Assembly (NCBI GenBank): GCA_014879765.1
Contig: JACSRL010000420.1
Coordinates: 1 to 32,278 of the forward strand
From: Anaerolinea sp.
GTDB taxonomy: Bacteria; Chloroflexota; Anaerolineae; JAAEKA01
DNA length: 32,278 bases
Reading direction: 5' to 3'
Position numbers and translations under genes: made by a program. The notes under the pieces are model-generated. The model saw only the letters and a program-made list of their open reading frames with translations, was not told the origin of the DNA and made no database searches. Shown piece after piece: positions 30,569-32,278 of this stretch. The stretch's first letter is position 1, and each line of letters begins with the position of its first letter.

Positions 30569-30608
30569 TCTCAGTCCGCCAGCACCACTGACTGGCAGCC
30601 TGAACACG

Positions 30609-30642
30609 GGCGTCAGATGCGGCAGTTGCCGCATCTGACGCC
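30609..30642. other. 34-nt near-perfect palindrome / strong hairpin
   Basis: GGCGTCAGATGCGGCA-GT-TGCCGCATCTGACGCC, with 16-bp perfect arms. It lies between the dszB-like and nitroreductase genes. No T-tract follows. Confidence 0.7.
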
Positions 30643-30667
30643 AGGCTGAGAAAGCTGGAGGAAAACC

Positions 30668-31504
30668 GTGACCACACCGTATCAACTCGATACCATGATC
30701 AAAGTGGATGAAACCTTGTGCATCACCTGCGGCGCTTGCATCAGGGCATGTCCGGGCGGTTTGATCGTCAAGAAAGATTTTCCCGCCCCGATCGAAAACG
30801 GCTGGGATCTATGTATTGACTGCGGGCACTGCGTAGCGATCTGTCCGACCGGGGCGATGCATCAGCGCTCGATGGGGCCTGGCGATTGCGAAGAGATCGA
30901 TATCCATTTGATCCCGAGGTGGGATCGAGTCAGGCAGTACTTGATCTCGCGACGCTCCATTCGCGGTTATATCCGGCGACCTATTGAACAAGAAAAAGTC
31001 TTGCAGTTGCTGGATGTGGCCCGCTATGCGCCGAACGGCGCGAACCGTCAGGTGATCCAGTGGGTAGTGGTCAACGATCCAGACAAGGTTCACCAGATGG
31101 CCGAGATGACCATCGACTGGATGAAGGCCGTGAAGGAAAAGGCCCCGGCCCTGTACGAGGAAGCCAACCTGGAGGTGTTTGTCTCTGCATGGGATGGCGG
31201 CCAGGATCGCATTTCCCGGGGCGCGCCGTGCATTCTCATGGCTTGCGCCCCTAAAGATGAAAGGACAGCCCCGCCGGCGGCAATGATCGCGGTGCACCAG
31301 ATTCAACTGGCGGCGCCCGGCCTCGGCCTAGGGACCACTTTTACCGGCAGTATCAACACAGCTAGTCAAGGTTATCCGCCCCTGGTGGAGATGCTCGGGC
31401 TGCCGGAAGGCTATATTCCCCATGCAACGTGCGTGATCGGCTATCCGGCTGAGAAATACCAGCGGATTCCTGTGCGAAAGCCCGTCGACGTGACCTGGAT
31501 CTGA
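30668..31504 (+). CDS. 2x[4Fe-4S] ferredoxin domain fused to a nitroreductase-family domain
   Basis: GGAGGA then GTG 30668. CITCGACIRACP and CIDCGHCVAICP cluster motifs are followed by RRSIRGY...ARYAPNGANRQ, the nitroreductase fold signature. Confidence 0.8.
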   Translation: MTTPYQLDTMIKVDETLCITCGACIRACPGGLIVKKDFPAPIENGWDLCIDCGHCVAICPTGAMHQRSMGPGDCEEIDIHLIPRWDRVRQYLISRRSIRGYIRRPIEQEKVLQLLDVARYAPNGANRQVIQWVVVNDPDKVHQMAEMTIDWMKAVKEKAPALYEEANLEVFVSAWDGGQDRISRGAPCILMACAPKDERTAPPAAMIAVHQIQLAAPGLGLGTTFTGSINTASQGYPPLVEMLGLPEGYIPHATCVIGYPAEKYQRIPVRKPVDVTWI

Positions 31505-31555
31505 GAGTTGTGTGCCTCGACCGGACGACATGAATGAGACATGTAGGAGAATAAT

Positions 31556-32278
31556 ATGACAGACAACGCCAATACGAAGATGCGGAGAATCGGTTACCGC
31601 CCACCCGAAAATGTCGCGGAGCCTGACCATCTCGTGCTTGTCGAGTACGTCTCCGGCGGGCGCGTGGCCATCATCACCCTTAACCGGCCGCATGCCGACA
31701 ACGCGGTTACGACGGAACTGGCGGCCCAACTGATCGAGGTACTCGAGACCATCGCGGCCCGTCCTTCCGTGCGCGTCGCTATCCTGACCGGAGCCGGTGA
31801 CCGAGCCTTCTCCGTGGGTGGTGACCTGTACCAGCGCAAGCAGATGACAAAAGAGGAATGGCTGCGCCAGCGCCAGGTCTTTGATCGCGTGCTCTACAAC
31901 TTGCGCCAGCTACGCAGGCCGATCTTCACCGCAGTCCACGGGATGGCTTACGGCGGTGGCTGCGAGATGGCCATCAGCACGGACTTCATCATCGCATCCG
32001 AGGACGCCCGCTTCGGCCAGCCTGAAGCGATGGTCGGTTTGTCCGCCGGTGGCGGTTCGCCGGTCTTCCTGCCGCGCGTGCTCCCGCCGGGGAAGGCGAT
32101 GCAGATGCTGATGACCGGGGAACCGATCACTGCCCAGGAGGCATACCGGCTGGGCATGGTCAATGAGATCCACCCCAAGGCTGAACTCATGCGCGCGGCG
32201 CTCAGTATTGCGGAAAAGATCGCGGACAACTCGCCGACGGCGGTGCAGTCGGTCAAGCGTGCTGTTCAGAATGGACAG
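31556..32278 (+). CDS. Enoyl-CoA hydratase/isomerase (crotonase) family protein, 3' end outside the window
   Basis: Not in the track because there is no stop in the window. AGGAGA then ATG 31556, with the frame open to 32278. It contains VAIITLNRPHADNAV, ILTGAGDRAFSVGGDL, AVHGMAYGGGCEMAISTDF and FGQPEAMVGL. Confidence 0.85.
   Translation, partial: MTDNANTKMRRIGYRPPENVAEPDHLVLVEYVSGGRVAIITLNRPHADNAVTTELAAQLIEVLETIAARPSVRVAILTGAGDRAFSVGGDLYQRKQMTKEEWLRQRQVFDRVLYNLRQLRRPIFTAVHGMAYGGGCEMAISTDFIIASEDARFGQPEAMVGLSAGGGSPVFLPRVLPPGKAMQMLMTGEPITAQEAYRLGMVNEIHPKAELMRAALSIAEKIADNSPTAVQSVKRAVQNGQ

Overview
High-GC bacterial window; the repeat family and protein styles are reminiscent of Chloroflexota, but this was not verified. 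All family calls come from reading the supplied translations and recalling motifs. No BLAST, HMM or folding was run.

Layout, left to right:
1. 73-1274 (-): the first two genes of a type-1-like BREX operon, brxA then brxB. The rest of the operon runs off the left edge.
2. 1603-1760 (-): a tRNA with anticodon CAU and its terminator.
3. 2.0-4.7 kb: a toxin-antitoxin islet in which three antitoxin-type genes (higA, an XRE-type antitoxin, an MNT nucleotidyltransferase) look intact, two toxin partners are visibly decayed (higB, a truncated HEPN) and the third is absent. It also holds a three-gene cassette built around a DUF6516-like protein.
4. 4.9-25.25 kb: a cryptic prophage-like element made only of an immunity switch and early/replication genes, all on the + strand after a cro-like gene. 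I see no integrase, terminase, capsid, tail or lysis genes.
5. 25.5-32.3 kb: ordinary chromosomal genes, namely a MalT/LuxR-type STAND regulator, a collapsed CoA-disulfide-reductase/rhodanese remnant, a DszB-like desulfinase homologue, a ferredoxin-nitroreductase and a crotonase that is cut by the window edge.

Most notable inside the prophage-like element:
- An initiator gene with four phased 15-bp palindromic iterons inside it, a lambda-O/ori-like arrangement.
- A RecD2-type helicase, a ParB-domain methyltransferase and a PD-(D/E)xK-like nuclease chained by 8-nt overlaps. The methyltransferase/nuclease pair is bracketed by oppositely oriented copies of a REP/MITE-like repeat.
- A DnaB helicase fused in one ORF to a DnaC/IstB-like AAA+ loader domain.
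- A conserved hairpin motif (CGTAGCGCC-N3-6-GGCGCA) upstream of four gene blocks.
- An unusual density of small zinc-ribbon proteins, including two ORFs below the track threshold.
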